The notes beneath the pieces were generated by a model that saw only the letters and a program-made list of their open reading frames with translations, did no database searches and was not told the DNA's origin. Positions 9,083 to 17,319 of a stretch of DNA of 41,564 nucleotides are shown here, in pieces; the first letter of the stretch is position 1, and each line of letters begins with the position of its first letter. Source of the stretch: Candidatus Peribacterales bacterium (lineage in GTDB: Bacteria > Patescibacteriota > Gracilibacteria > Peribacterales > Peribacteraceae); the NCBI GenBank assembly GCA_035289805.1, contig DATDWC010000079.1, positions 1 to 41,564 of the forward strand, read 5' to 3'. The translations under genes were made by a program, and so were the position numbers.

Positions 9083-9185
9083 GTTCTCTTCGAGCGAGGC
9101 GCTAACAGGCGCCGAGTCGAGAAGTTCTCAAAACAACACGCTTCTCGATTCGCCCCGCTTAAGGCGGGGCTCACTCGAAGAGAAC
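9083..9185 (-). other. Putative structured element (closing stem plus three hairpins) between ybaB and mltG
   Basis: Closing stem 9083-9094 (gttctcttcgag) pairs with 9174-9185 (ctcgaagagaac). Hairpins: ggcgc/gcgcc 9098-9113, tcgagaag/cttctcga 9117-9148, gccccgc/gcggggc 9152-9170. All pairings were read directly from the sequence. Confidence 0.35.
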
Positions 9186-9490
9186 TACTGTTGACCGAGT
9201 CCTAATTCCCCCATCACCCCCTTCATCTTCTCTGCAGCAACAATCTGCGCTTTACCCATAGCACGATTGAATGCATCTTTGAGGAGCTCCGGGATCTGCT
9301 CACGGGGAACATCTGCAGCAATCTCGATCGAAACAACCTTCTGCTCACCATCCACTACCACTTTCACTCCTCGAGCTTCCGCTTCGATGTGGATTAATTT
9401 GAGTTCCTTCTTGGCCGCCTTGGCCTGCTTCTGGAGCCGATACATGTCACGCGCTTTTTTCAACATATGCGGAGTGTAGCGCATATTCAT
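9185..9490 (-). CDS. ybaB: Nucleoid-associated protein YbaB/EbfC family
   Basis: K/Q-rich N-terminal helix (MLKKARDMYRLQKQAKAAKKEL), then the typical (E)AEARGVKVVVDGEQKVVSIEI core. The ORF track start at 9523 is a TTG, so the ATG at 9490 is preferred. Confidence 0.85.
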   Translation of the reverse strand: MNMRYTPHMLKKARDMYRLQKQAKAAKKELKLIHIEAEARGVKVVVDGEQKVVSIEIAADVPREQIPELLKDAFNRAMGKAQIVAAEKMKGVMGELGLGQQ

Positions 9491-9523
9491 CGGCTCTTCA
9501 TCTACGATCGCGCGAAATCCCAA

Positions 9524-12154
9524 TCAAGATAACCCTATGCGATCCCCAATTTCTTGATCCACGAAGACCTTCTTCCTCCCATACTTCATGCGACTGTACT
9601 CCTTGATGAGCTCCGACATCTTGGGATTTTTCCCCGTTTCATCCCAGAGTGTCTCCATGGAGAACGGGCGTGAGGTGGTGTTATTAATGTTGAGCTTGAT
9701 GTAGCACTTGTAATTGGCAATACCAATCACATCCTGTTCACTCAGCACTGGTGCGTATTCCTTCGCCATATACTCGGCATCCTCTGCACCAATTTTAAAG
9801 CTCTGCATGGTACCCACGTTACCGAAGACGGCATCGCGGAGCTTCGTATTCTGCTGCTCATAGGCAGAGGTTTTCGCGACAAGTTGCCCGATGTACTGGT
9901 GAGCCATGATGAGGGCGAGATGGTACTTGCGAGCCTCGGAGAGAATCGTTGCAAAGGCATCCGTTGTAAAGTTCTGGAATTCGTCCACGTAGAGGTAGAA
10001 ATCCTTGCGTTCGCTCTCCGGCATATCAGCACGACTAAGCGCTGCCATGTTCACCTTATTGACGAAGATGAGCCCGAGGAGTTGAGCATTGGTATCGCCA
10101 ATCCTTCCCTTGGACAGATTCACGAGGAGCACCTTTTCCTCATCCATGATTTTCCGTATATCGAAGGCAGATTTTGGCTGCCCGATGATGTTTCGGATTG
10201 TCGTATTGGTGATGAAAGGACCAAACTTTGCAGAGAAGTACGGGATCATCTCCTCCTTTTCCCGTGCACCGGTCTTTGCGATTTCGTGCTCCCAGAAGCT
10301 CTTCACCACCGGGTTTCTGCACTTACTCACTTTGTAGTGCTGGAACTCATCATCCACAAAGAGTCGCGGAACATCGATGAGTGTTGCACCTTCTTCCTCA
10401 TCATCCATGAGTGTGAGGCAGCCATTACGAAAGTAGTGCTGGATACGTGGTCCAAAGATTTCGTTTCCAAAGAGCTTGATGAAGATCTCCATGGCATCCA
10501 AGGATGCGCGATCTTTCTCCTCATCGGTGTGTGCTTCGAGAAGATTCAAACCCATCGGCCGTTCGGTATCCGAGGGGTTAAAGATGATGACATCCTTCGC
10601 ACGCTCTTTTGGCACATACATGAGCACATCTTCGATCAGATCTCCGTGAGGATCCACGAGGCACATCCCTTTTCCCCGCTGCACATCCTGCCTGGCGCAG
10701 AAGCTTAAGAAAACAGATTTACCCGTGCCGGATTTTCCGATGACATAGTGGTGACGGGTTCTATCTTTATCCAGGATGCGTACATCTGTGAGTTGCCCGC
10801 GGTGGCGGTTTCGCCCAAGGAGAATTCCTTGTGTGGGAAGATCCGGCGGCGGTGGAAGAATTTTGTAGCTGATCCACTGAATGATCGGGATCTTGTTATA
10901 GCGACTATCAGGGAAATGGTAGATCGTCGCAAGTTCCCGCTCCGTGAGGAGGCATGTGGAATGCCAGAAACCGTTGATCCTGCGCTTCCAGAGCCAGTGG
11001 ATAATGGGGGCATTCCAAATGTACGGAAGAACATCGATAAACATGCGGTGGTTATCGAACCAGTTGCCATACATATCCTTGAACACGTTGAATGCCACCT
11101 GCATGTTGTTTGTAATTTCCACCGCATGATGCATCGTGGAGGAGGAGGCAAGAATGCGCACCGAACAGTGGAACCCGCTCATGCCGGCCTTCTCCCCCAT
11201 CCGCTTGTAGAGCTCTTCCTCAGGCTGGATCATACGAACGAAGGAATCCCCCTGCGACGCGCCGGGAGCAAAGGTTGTGCGATCAGCTTCACCAGGAAGG
11301 AAGATGGCCCCGATGATATTGCCAAGGGTACCAAGCAGTGGAATACCCTCTAAGAACGCCGCGAATCCACCGGGTTTCTTGCCTTTGAACGAGCGTGATG
11401 CGTACTTCTTCACTTTCTTCTGCCAGGCATCGGAGAAGGAAGGATTGAGGATAATCTGCACAGTTGCTCTATCCGCCTCCTGGAGCTTACTCAGCACATT
11501 CGTCAGATCATTGAGCGGATCATCCTGCATGTTTTCGTAGGAGCGGATCGGGAAAATGAACTTCCTGTGGAGCTTCATGTAGTAGCCAACGAGTGCCGAG
11601 CCTTTCGGCCAGATCTCTGGTGTGGATTCCTCCGGAGTGACTTCCGCAAGGGAGTAGAACGATGTGATCTGCTTCTCCACAATCCCAACAAGTTGTTTGC
11701 GACAGACGATGTAGAACATGATTTCGTTTTTTTCCACGAACATTTCGAAGCTCATGGTATTAAAGCGCCATATCCACGTATGGAGGATCGTCCAGACGTT
11801 CAATGTCTTTACTTCCCAGAGCGCACGGAAGAGCTGTTCCATGATGGCGATCTTCTCCTTCCAGTCTTTCTCTGTGCGCTTCTCCTCATCCACTTTGCTG
11901 TCGTTCCTTGGGAGGAGCACCCTCATCGTTACAAGATCACGCGTGTGGAATACCGCATAGAAGAAGCGTAATGCCGGTTTTACTATTTCGTGCCAGAGGA
12001 GCCAAATCGTAACGACGAGGATCGTACGATCCAGTGGATCCTCCATGAACCACGTCCATCCTCTCTCCCAGATCGGGTGCCGTAAGATCCAGGAGCCTAC
12101 TGCAATCAGCAGTAGAATGATCGGCCAGAAGAGGAGACGAAGGAACGTAACCAT
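9524..12154 (-). CDS. Membrane-anchored VirD4/TraD/TraG-like (type IV coupling protein-like) P-loop ATPase
   Basis: 876 aa. Two N-terminal TM segments, an unassigned region of about 380 aa, then a P-loop NTPase with Walker A GKSGTGKS (nt 10715-10738) and Walker B FYLYVDEFQNF (about nt 9980). HQY and RD motifs follow, as in coupling-protein/FtsK-HerA-type ATPases. Confidence 0.8.
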   Translation of the reverse strand: MVTFLRLLFWPIILLLIAVGSWILRHPIWERGWTWFMEDPLDRTILVVTIWLLWHEIVKPALRFFYAVFHTRDLVTMRVLLPRNDSKVDEEKRTEKDWKEKIAIMEQLFRALWEVKTLNVWTILHTWIWRFNTMSFEMFVEKNEIMFYIVCRKQLVGIVEKQITSFYSLAEVTPEESTPEIWPKGSALVGYYMKLHRKFIFPIRSYENMQDDPLNDLTNVLSKLQEADRATVQIILNPSFSDAWQKKVKKYASRSFKGKKPGGFAAFLEGIPLLGTLGNIIGAIFLPGEADRTTFAPGASQGDSFVRMIQPEEELYKRMGEKAGMSGFHCSVRILASSSTMHHAVEITNNMQVAFNVFKDMYGNWFDNHRMFIDVLPYIWNAPIIHWLWKRRINGFWHSTCLLTERELATIYHFPDSRYNKIPIIQWISYKILPPPPDLPTQGILLGRNRHRGQLTDVRILDKDRTRHHYVIGKSGTGKSVFLSFCARQDVQRGKGMCLVDPHGDLIEDVLMYVPKERAKDVIIFNPSDTERPMGLNLLEAHTDEEKDRASLDAMEIFIKLFGNEIFGPRIQHYFRNGCLTLMDDEEEGATLIDVPRLFVDDEFQHYKVSKCRNPVVKSFWEHEIAKTGAREKEEMIPYFSAKFGPFITNTTIRNIIGQPKSAFDIRKIMDEEKVLLVNLSKGRIGDTNAQLLGLIFVNKVNMAALSRADMPESERKDFYLYVDEFQNFTTDAFATILSEARKYHLALIMAHQYIGQLVAKTSAYEQQNTKLRDAVFGNVGTMQSFKIGAEDAEYMAKEYAPVLSEQDVIGIANYKCYIKLNINNTTSRPFSMETLWDETGKNPKMSELIKEYSRMKYGRKKVFVDQEIGDRIGLS

Positions 12155-12172
12155 GAATTCAATGTGAATATC

Positions 12173-12910
12173 TTACACCTGCAAGGTCAAAAGTATTGGC
12201 CGGTGATCCGAGGCAAGCACCGGCAGAACTTCGAGATGCGCAATAGGAAGATCCGTAGAGCAGAGGAAGAGATCAAGCGCACGCTTGGGGTGCATGGCTG
12301 GGAACGTAAGATCACTGAGCGTGTTCACCATGCGGAGACGACAACTCTCGATAATGCCCGTGAGTTCATCCGCACCGCCGAAAATATTAAAATCACCACA
12401 GAGAATCACATGCTTACGACTCTGGATGATGCGTGTAAGCTCCATGAGCTGCTGCTTGCGTGTTTTCTTACGAAGCGAAAGATGCGCAACAATCAGGGAG
12501 AGCTCCTCCGAGATGCATATTTCGTACACGAGTTTCTTTGCGCCATGTTGCAGGTAATGCGCATGGAACGGGAATTTCTGTCGTGCGAAGAATCCGCCCA
12601 AGTTCCCGCGGAAGTAGGGAATGTGCGAAAGCAGACTCCTGCGGCCGTACTTATTTCGGAAGATATGCACCGGATACTGGAGCAGCGGCTGCAAAAACCG
12701 TGGCATCCGTCGCACCTCCACAAAGCAGCAGAGATCCGGCTGCACCTCGTTCACAAGCGCATTGATAAGCACGAGCACGCGGTTGAAAACCTTCTTTGGT
12801 GTGTAGAGGTACCGGAGAAAATGCAGCATGTAGTCACGGCACGATCCCTGCATACCAGTGCAGTAGCCAACGTTGTAGAACAGGATGCGGGTAGTGGCGC
12901 CTTTCGGCAT
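12173..12910 (-). CDS. Endonuclease/exonuclease/phosphatase (EEP, DNase I-fold) family protein
   Basis: 245 aa. The ordered EEP catalytic motifs are present: FYNVGY (N), CFVEV (E), ILCGDFN and SDHRPILL. It ends 18 nt upstream of the ATPase gene. Confidence 0.85.
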   Translation of the reverse strand: MPKGATTRILFYNVGYCTGMQGSCRDYMLHFLRYLYTPKKVFNRVLVLINALVNEVQPDLCCFVEVRRMPRFLQPLLQYPVHIFRNKYGRRSLLSHIPYFRGNLGGFFARQKFPFHAHYLQHGAKKLVYEICISEELSLIVAHLSLRKKTRKQQLMELTRIIQSRKHVILCGDFNIFGGADELTGIIESCRLRMVNTLSDLTFPAMHPKRALDLFLCSTDLPIAHLEVLPVLASDHRPILLTLQV

Positions 12911-12951
12911 GGTAGTTGAGGGGTGTTTATTGTTATGATTATACCACAGAT

Positions 12952-13998
12952 ATGGCGCTTTCGCTCCTCGTTTCGAACCTCATCAATATCCGCTACCTCA
13001 CCGGTGTGGAGATGACCTTTGGGATCATGATTATGGAGAACACCAAACGCACGCTCTTCGTAGATCAGCGCTACATCGAAAAAGCCAAAAATGGAGCACG
13101 ATCAGGAATCCGCATTCTCCCGATCGAGGCTCTGCCTGAGTATCTCAAAAAGAGAAAACGCATTCGCTTCGAAGCAGAAGATGTCTCGGTGGCACGCCTT
13201 CAGCGTTGGAAAAAGCGTTACAGGGGAATTGAGTGGATCCCTGCGGAGAATGTCATCGAAGGAATGCGCAGGAGAAAGAGGAAAGAGGAGCTCAAAGCAA
13301 TCGGAGGAGCTTGTCGCATCACCGATGCGGTACTCAAGAATGTGCCGAAGATGTTGAAGATTGGTATGAGCGAAAAAATGCTCGCCTGGGAAATCGAAAA
13401 GCTCTCCCGTACCCTTGGTGCCGATGCCATGGCATTCGATACGATCGTGGGCTTTGGATCTCATACCGCTCGACCACACCACTCCCCCACTGATCGGAAG
13501 TTGAAAAAGCACGACATTATTCAAATTGATATGGGTGTGAAGGTGGATGGCTACTGCTCGGATTGCTCACGTGTGTTCTTCCTGGGAAAGAAAACCGAAG
13601 AACAAAAGAAGATCTTTGATCTCCTCGTAAGGACAGTGAACGAAACAACGAAACAGGTGAAAGCGGGAATGACGAATCACGCACTCGATAAATACGCACG
13701 CTCAATGCTTCGTAGGGGCGCCCCGCTGGGGCGCCCTGGTGAAAAAATGATGACTCTCACATCCGGAAAAAAATTGGATGAATTCTTCACGCACGGCCTT
13801 GGACATGGTGTGGGGTTGGAAATCCATGAAGGAGCAAACCTCAGTAAGCGAGCCCCAAAACAGATTCTCCAGGCAAATGAGGTGATCACGATCGAGCCTG
13901 GGATCTATTTCCCTGGGAAATGGGGTATGCGGATCGAAGATACTATTCTCGTCAAAAAAACGGGAGCAATTGCCCTTACTCGTGCGAAAAAAATTTGA
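12952..13998 (+). CDS. pepP: M24 family Xaa-Pro aminopeptidase
   Basis: Creatinase-like N-domain plus the pita-bread core (DIIQIDMG, GYCSDCSR, HGLGHGVGLEIHE, ITIEPGIYF, RIEDT). The ATG at 12952 is preferred over the TTG at 12916. Confidence 0.85.
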   Translation: MALSLLVSNLINIRYLTGVEMTFGIMIMENTKRTLFVDQRYIEKAKNGARSGIRILPIEALPEYLKKRKRIRFEAEDVSVARLQRWKKRYRGIEWIPAENVIEGMRRRKRKEELKAIGGACRITDAVLKNVPKMLKIGMSEKMLAWEIEKLSRTLGADAMAFDTIVGFGSHTARPHHSPTDRKLKKHDIIQIDMGVKVDGYCSDCSRVFFLGKKTEEQKKIFDLLVRTVNETTKQVKAGMTNHALDKYARSMLRRGAPLGRPGEKMMTLTSGKKLDEFFTHGLGHGVGLEIHEGANLSKRAPKQILQANEVITIEPGIYFPGKWGMRIEDTILVKKTGAIALTRAKKI

Positions 13999-14041
13999 GT
14001 TTTTTCTGTTATTTTGCATAGTTCCCTCTATAATTTTTCTC

Positions 14042-14299
14042 ATGGCGAAAGATGATTTCAACGGCGTACCTCCCTATGAACCACAGCGAGAGTCATATAG
14101 TGATCCTAACAATCCCCGCTTTAGTGAACTAACTACAGGCCAACAAGCTGCAGTGGCAGGATTTGCGCTTGCTTGTGTGACTTTGATAGGAGGTGTGCTA
14201 TACGTCACCAAATCCGGTGCGCTCTCAGGTTCGAAAGAACAAAAAGGGGGAAAGAACAACACAACCGAAGTAAAAACAGAAAAGGATTCTATTGAATAG
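14042..14299 (+). CDS. Small single-pass membrane protein
   Basis: ATG at 14042, TM segment AAVAGFALACVTLIGGVLYV and a K/E-rich tail. Overlaps the glyQS 3' end convergently by 11 nt. Confidence 0.45.
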   Translation: MAKDDFNGVPPYEPQRESYSDPNNPRFSELTTGQQAAVAGFALACVTLIGGVLYVTKSGALSGSKEQKGGKNNTTEVKTEKDSIE

Positions 14300-15695
14300 G
14301 CTTGAGGAATTCTGCGAGTTCCAAAATCGATACTTCTTTTTGTAAGAGTGAATCTCTATCACGAACCGTCACGTGATCTTTTTTACTCTGTTTATCATCA
14401 TCACCAATGGTTCCAAAATCAATCGTGATGCACTTGGGGGTCCCAATTTCATCCTGCCTGCGATAGCGCTTGCCGATTGATCCCGTCACATCAAAATCGA
14501 GCCGCAGATTCGTTTTTGTATTGAGGAGCTCATAGACCTCCTGTGCTTTTTTGATGAGGCGCTCATCCTTGCTTAAAGGGAGAATCGCAACTTGCACAGG
14601 TGCAAGACGCGGATCAAGCCGCATCACCACGCGATCCTCGCCGTTCTCTAATTTCTCCTCCTCATATGCATTGAGGAGAACGACGAGTGTGAGGCGGGAG
14701 AGTCCGAACGTTGGCTCAATGACGTGTGGAATGAGCTTCTCATTGGTATCAGGATCCATGTACTGGAGATCTTCCCCACTCTGTTCCATGTGGTTTTTGA
14801 GATCAAAATTCGTGCGATAGGCGAGACCGAAGAGTTCCTTCCATCCAAACGGAGTTTGATATTCGATGTCTACAGTCTTCTTACTGTAGTGCGAGAGCTC
14901 GTGTGGTTCATGCTCACGCACGCGGAGCTTCTGAGTATCAATACCAAGATCCTTGAGCCATTGCTGCTGCTCCTTTTGCCAGTAGGTGAACCACTTCTCC
15001 CATTCCTCCTCGCGGATAAAGTATTCAAACTCCATGAGATCAAACTCGAGCGTGCGGAAGATGAAGTTCCCCGGCGTAATCTCGTTCCGGAATGCTTTTC
15101 CCGTGGAAGCAATACCAAAGGGGAGGCGTTTACGCGTCGTTGTGAGAACATTCTTGAAGTTCACGAACATTGCCTGCGCGATTTCGCCTCGCAGATACAC
15201 ATCGCGTGCTGCCTCTCCCTCCACAATTCCAAGTTGCGTACGGAAGAGCAAATTGAACGTACGTGCCTCGGTAAATTTTCCTTTGGCCCCACACTTTGGG
15301 CAGGCGATCTTCTTCTCCTCAATGATTGCAGTGAGTTCCTTCGGGGATTTTCCATCGACCTTCAAATCTGGAAACTTTTCTTCGATCAAATGATCCGCAC
15401 GGAACCGCGACTTGCACTCCTTGCAATCCACCATCGCATCATTGAAGTTTGCAACATGCCCACTTGCCTCCCACACCTTCGGGTTCATCATGATTGCAGC
15501 ATCGATAAAGACCATATCCTGCCGCTTATGGACAAACCGTTCGAGCCAGAAGTTACGGATGTTCTCCTTTAAAATCGCTCCAAGCGGACCAAAGTCCCAG
15601 CTATTTGCGAGCCCGCCGTAGATCTCGGAGCCGGGGAACACAAATCCACGGCGCTTACTGAGGGAGACGATTTGATCGAGGGATGTGGCTGCCAT
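14289..15695 (-). CDS. glyQS: Glycine--tRNA ligase (class II, alpha2 type)
   Basis: IVSLSKRRGFVFPGSEIYGGL, the Zn-ribbon-like CKECKSRFRAD...CPKCG and FRNEITPGNFIFRTLEF (motif 2) are typical of GlyQS. Start set at the ATG at 15695 (MAATSLDQIVSL). Confidence 0.92.
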   Translation of the reverse strand: MAATSLDQIVSLSKRRGFVFPGSEIYGGLANSWDFGPLGAILKENIRNFWLERFVHKRQDMVFIDAAIMMNPKVWEASGHVANFNDAMVDCKECKSRFRADHLIEEKFPDLKVDGKSPKELTAIIEEKKIACPKCGAKGKFTEARTFNLLFRTQLGIVEGEAARDVYLRGEIAQAMFVNFKNVLTTTRKRLPFGIASTGKAFRNEITPGNFIFRTLEFDLMEFEYFIREEEWEKWFTYWQKEQQQWLKDLGIDTQKLRVREHEPHELSHYSKKTVDIEYQTPFGWKELFGLAYRTNFDLKNHMEQSGEDLQYMDPDTNEKLIPHVIEPTFGLSRLTLVVLLNAYEEEKLENGEDRVVMRLDPRLAPVQVAILPLSKDERLIKKAQEVYELLNTKTNLRLDFDVTGSIGKRYRRQDEIGTPKCITIDFGTIGDDDKQSKKDHVTVRDRDSLLQKEVSILELAEFLKPIQ

Positions 15696-15879
15696 TACAG
15701 GAAGAGTACCAGAGGTGTATGTGAACAAACCATCATCATCCATTATTGATCTCCAGGGAATCTCAGGCTACAATCGGACGCTATGGCCGAGCCTAAATAC
15801 CACACCCCGATCCCCCTTCGCTCGGCTCTTGCCGAGCTTCGGAGGGATCTCTCAACTATTATTGGATTCTAAACGCTTT

Positions 15880-17298
15880 ATGTCACAACCTCTCTACCGA
15901 ACTCCGAAAGGCACCTACGATATTCTTCCCGAACTCCAGCAATACCATACGTACATTAAGAAAGCGGTGCGTCACAGGGCACGCCAGGCAGGTTTTAAGC
16001 GGATCGATACGCCGATTTTCGAGAACAGGGAGGTCTTCGATCGAGGGGTGGGGCTCCACACCGATATTGTGGAGAAGGAGCTCTTCACGGTGGAACGTCG
16101 CGGAACCAGTGCGTCAGCCTCCGCTTCAGCCTCCGCTAAAGCTACGGCCGACACGAAAGCTTCGGCGGACAGGGATATCGAGAAGGACGCCTGGGCACTT
16201 CGGCCAGAGCCTACCGCCCCGATCTGCCGCGCGTACATCGAACACGGCATGAAGGAGCTCCCCCAACCGGTGCAGCTCTACGTGATTGGCTCGATGTTTC
16301 GGTACGATCGTCCACAGAAGGGGCGCTTCCGCGAATTCCATCAGTTTGGGTTTGAATCGATTGGTATTAGCGATCCCAGCATCGATGCTCAGCTCATCAA
16401 TGTCCTGAGTCACATTTTACAGGATCTACAGATCTTTGATCGACTCAAGCTCCAGATCAATAACATTGGTGATGCAGAGAGCCGCAAAGCATTCACCCAG
16501 GCTCTGGTTGATTTCTTCACAGGCAAGGAGCGCAACCTCTGCGAGGATTGTCAGAGTAGGCTCAAGACGAATCCGCTCCGGATCCTCGATTGCAAAAATG
16601 AGGACTGCAGAATCCTCCTCAAGATGGCCCCGAAGCTCGTGGATTACGTCGCAGAGGAGAGTAGGGAGTTCCACAAAACCCTCCTCGAATACCTCACCGA
16701 GTACCAAATCCCCTACGAAGAAAATCCAAACCTCGTGCGAGGCCTCGATTACTACAATCAAACCGTATTTGAGTTCTGGGATTCCTCCTCGGGGGCGCAG
16801 AACTCGGTTGCAGGGGGTGGGAGGTACGATGGGTTGATCGAGCTCCTGGGAGGACAAAAAACTCCTGCCGTTGGCTTTGGTTGTGGTATCGAACGCGTCA
16901 TCTACCACATGAAAGAAGCAGGTGTGTTAGCTCCTATGAAGGATCAGGTGGATGTGTTTGTTGCGCAGCTTGGACCCGAGGCTAAAAAGAAATGTCTGCG
17001 CTTGATCGAAGCCCTGCGGGAATCCGGCGTGCACACGATTGGAGCGCTTGGGGAAGCGAGTTTAAAGAGTCAGATGCGCCTCGCTGATAAATTCCAAGCG
17101 CGGTACACGCTGCTCCTTGGACAGATGGAGGTGAAGGAGAACAAAATTATTCTGCGCGATATGAAAGCTGGCAAACAGGAAACAATGTCCTTCGATCAAG
17201 CGATCCCCAAAGTGATTGAGCTCCTGGGAGGTAAGGATTCGCTCGATACGTACACGATCAAAGATAAACTGGGGGGATATAAGCAGGATGTCGAATAA
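15880..17298 (+). CDS. hisS: Histidine--tRNA ligase
   Basis: PKGTYDILP, LRPE(P)T, MFRYDRPQKGRFREFHQFG (motif 2), GGGRYDGL and GFGCGIERV (motif 3). Start set at the ATG at 15880 (MSQPLYRTPKGT). Contains an atypical insertion, described in the findings. Confidence 0.92.
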   Translation: MSQPLYRTPKGTYDILPELQQYHTYIKKAVRHRARQAGFKRIDTPIFENREVFDRGVGLHTDIVEKELFTVERRGTSASASASASAKATADTKASADRDIEKDAWALRPEPTAPICRAYIEHGMKELPQPVQLYVIGSMFRYDRPQKGRFREFHQFGFESIGISDPSIDAQLINVLSHILQDLQIFDRLKLQINNIGDAESRKAFTQALVDFFTGKERNLCEDCQSRLKTNPLRILDCKNEDCRILLKMAPKLVDYVAEESREFHKTLLEYLTEYQIPYEENPNLVRGLDYYNQTVFEFWDSSSGAQNSVAGGGRYDGLIELLGGQKTPAVGFGCGIERVIYHMKEAGVLAPMKDQVDVFVAQLGPEAKKKCLRLIEALRESGVHTIGALGEASLKSQMRLADKFQARYTLLLGQMEVKENKIILRDMKAGKQETMSFDQAIPKVIELLGGKDSLDTYTIKDKLGGYKQDVE

Positions 17299-17319
17299 AC
17301 ATTCGTACCTCCTCTTCTT

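Noticed and set aside
9083-9185. Possible tRNA, given the cloverleaf-like outline of a closing stem plus three hairpins.
   Set aside because: The closing stem is 12 bp, the arms are 5, 8 and 7 bp with 6, 16 and 5 nt loops, there is no TTCRA T-loop or 7 nt anticodon loop, and the total length is about 103 nt. It is kept only as an unclassified structured element.
9884-10708. A 274 aa plus-strand ORF inside the VirD4-like ATPase gene. Similar long antisense ORFs occur at 2339-3082, 3808-4542, 14724-15572, 19764-20285, 22181-23041, 27641-28537, 30122-30778 and 31879-32415.
   Set aside because: All lie antisense to genes with unambiguous conserved products (rpe, purM, glyQS, gyrB, secY, rplE/rplX, rpsC, rplB). 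Their translations are low-complexity or motif-free. They reflect codon bias of the sense genes.
12164-12919. A 251 aa plus-strand ORF that almost exactly mirrors the 245 aa EEP gene on the minus strand.
   Set aside because: Its codons are in exact register with the minus-strand codons, the antisense frame that stays open when the sense gene avoids TTA, CTA and TCA codons. Its translation has no motif. The minus strand carries all ordered EEP catalytic motifs. I treat it as a shadow ORF.
15696-15879. 5' extensions of the glyQS ORF (to 15743) and the hisS ORF (from 15685), which would make the two genes overlap divergently.
   Set aside because: The conserved N-termini of both synthetases begin at internal ATGs (15695 and 15880). 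The extensions are not family-like.
15744-15879. T-box riboswitch upstream of hisS.
   Set aside because: The leader is at most about 130 nt. It lacks the conserved T-box sequence and a terminator U-run. Only the alternative-pairing observation is retained as a low-interest finding.
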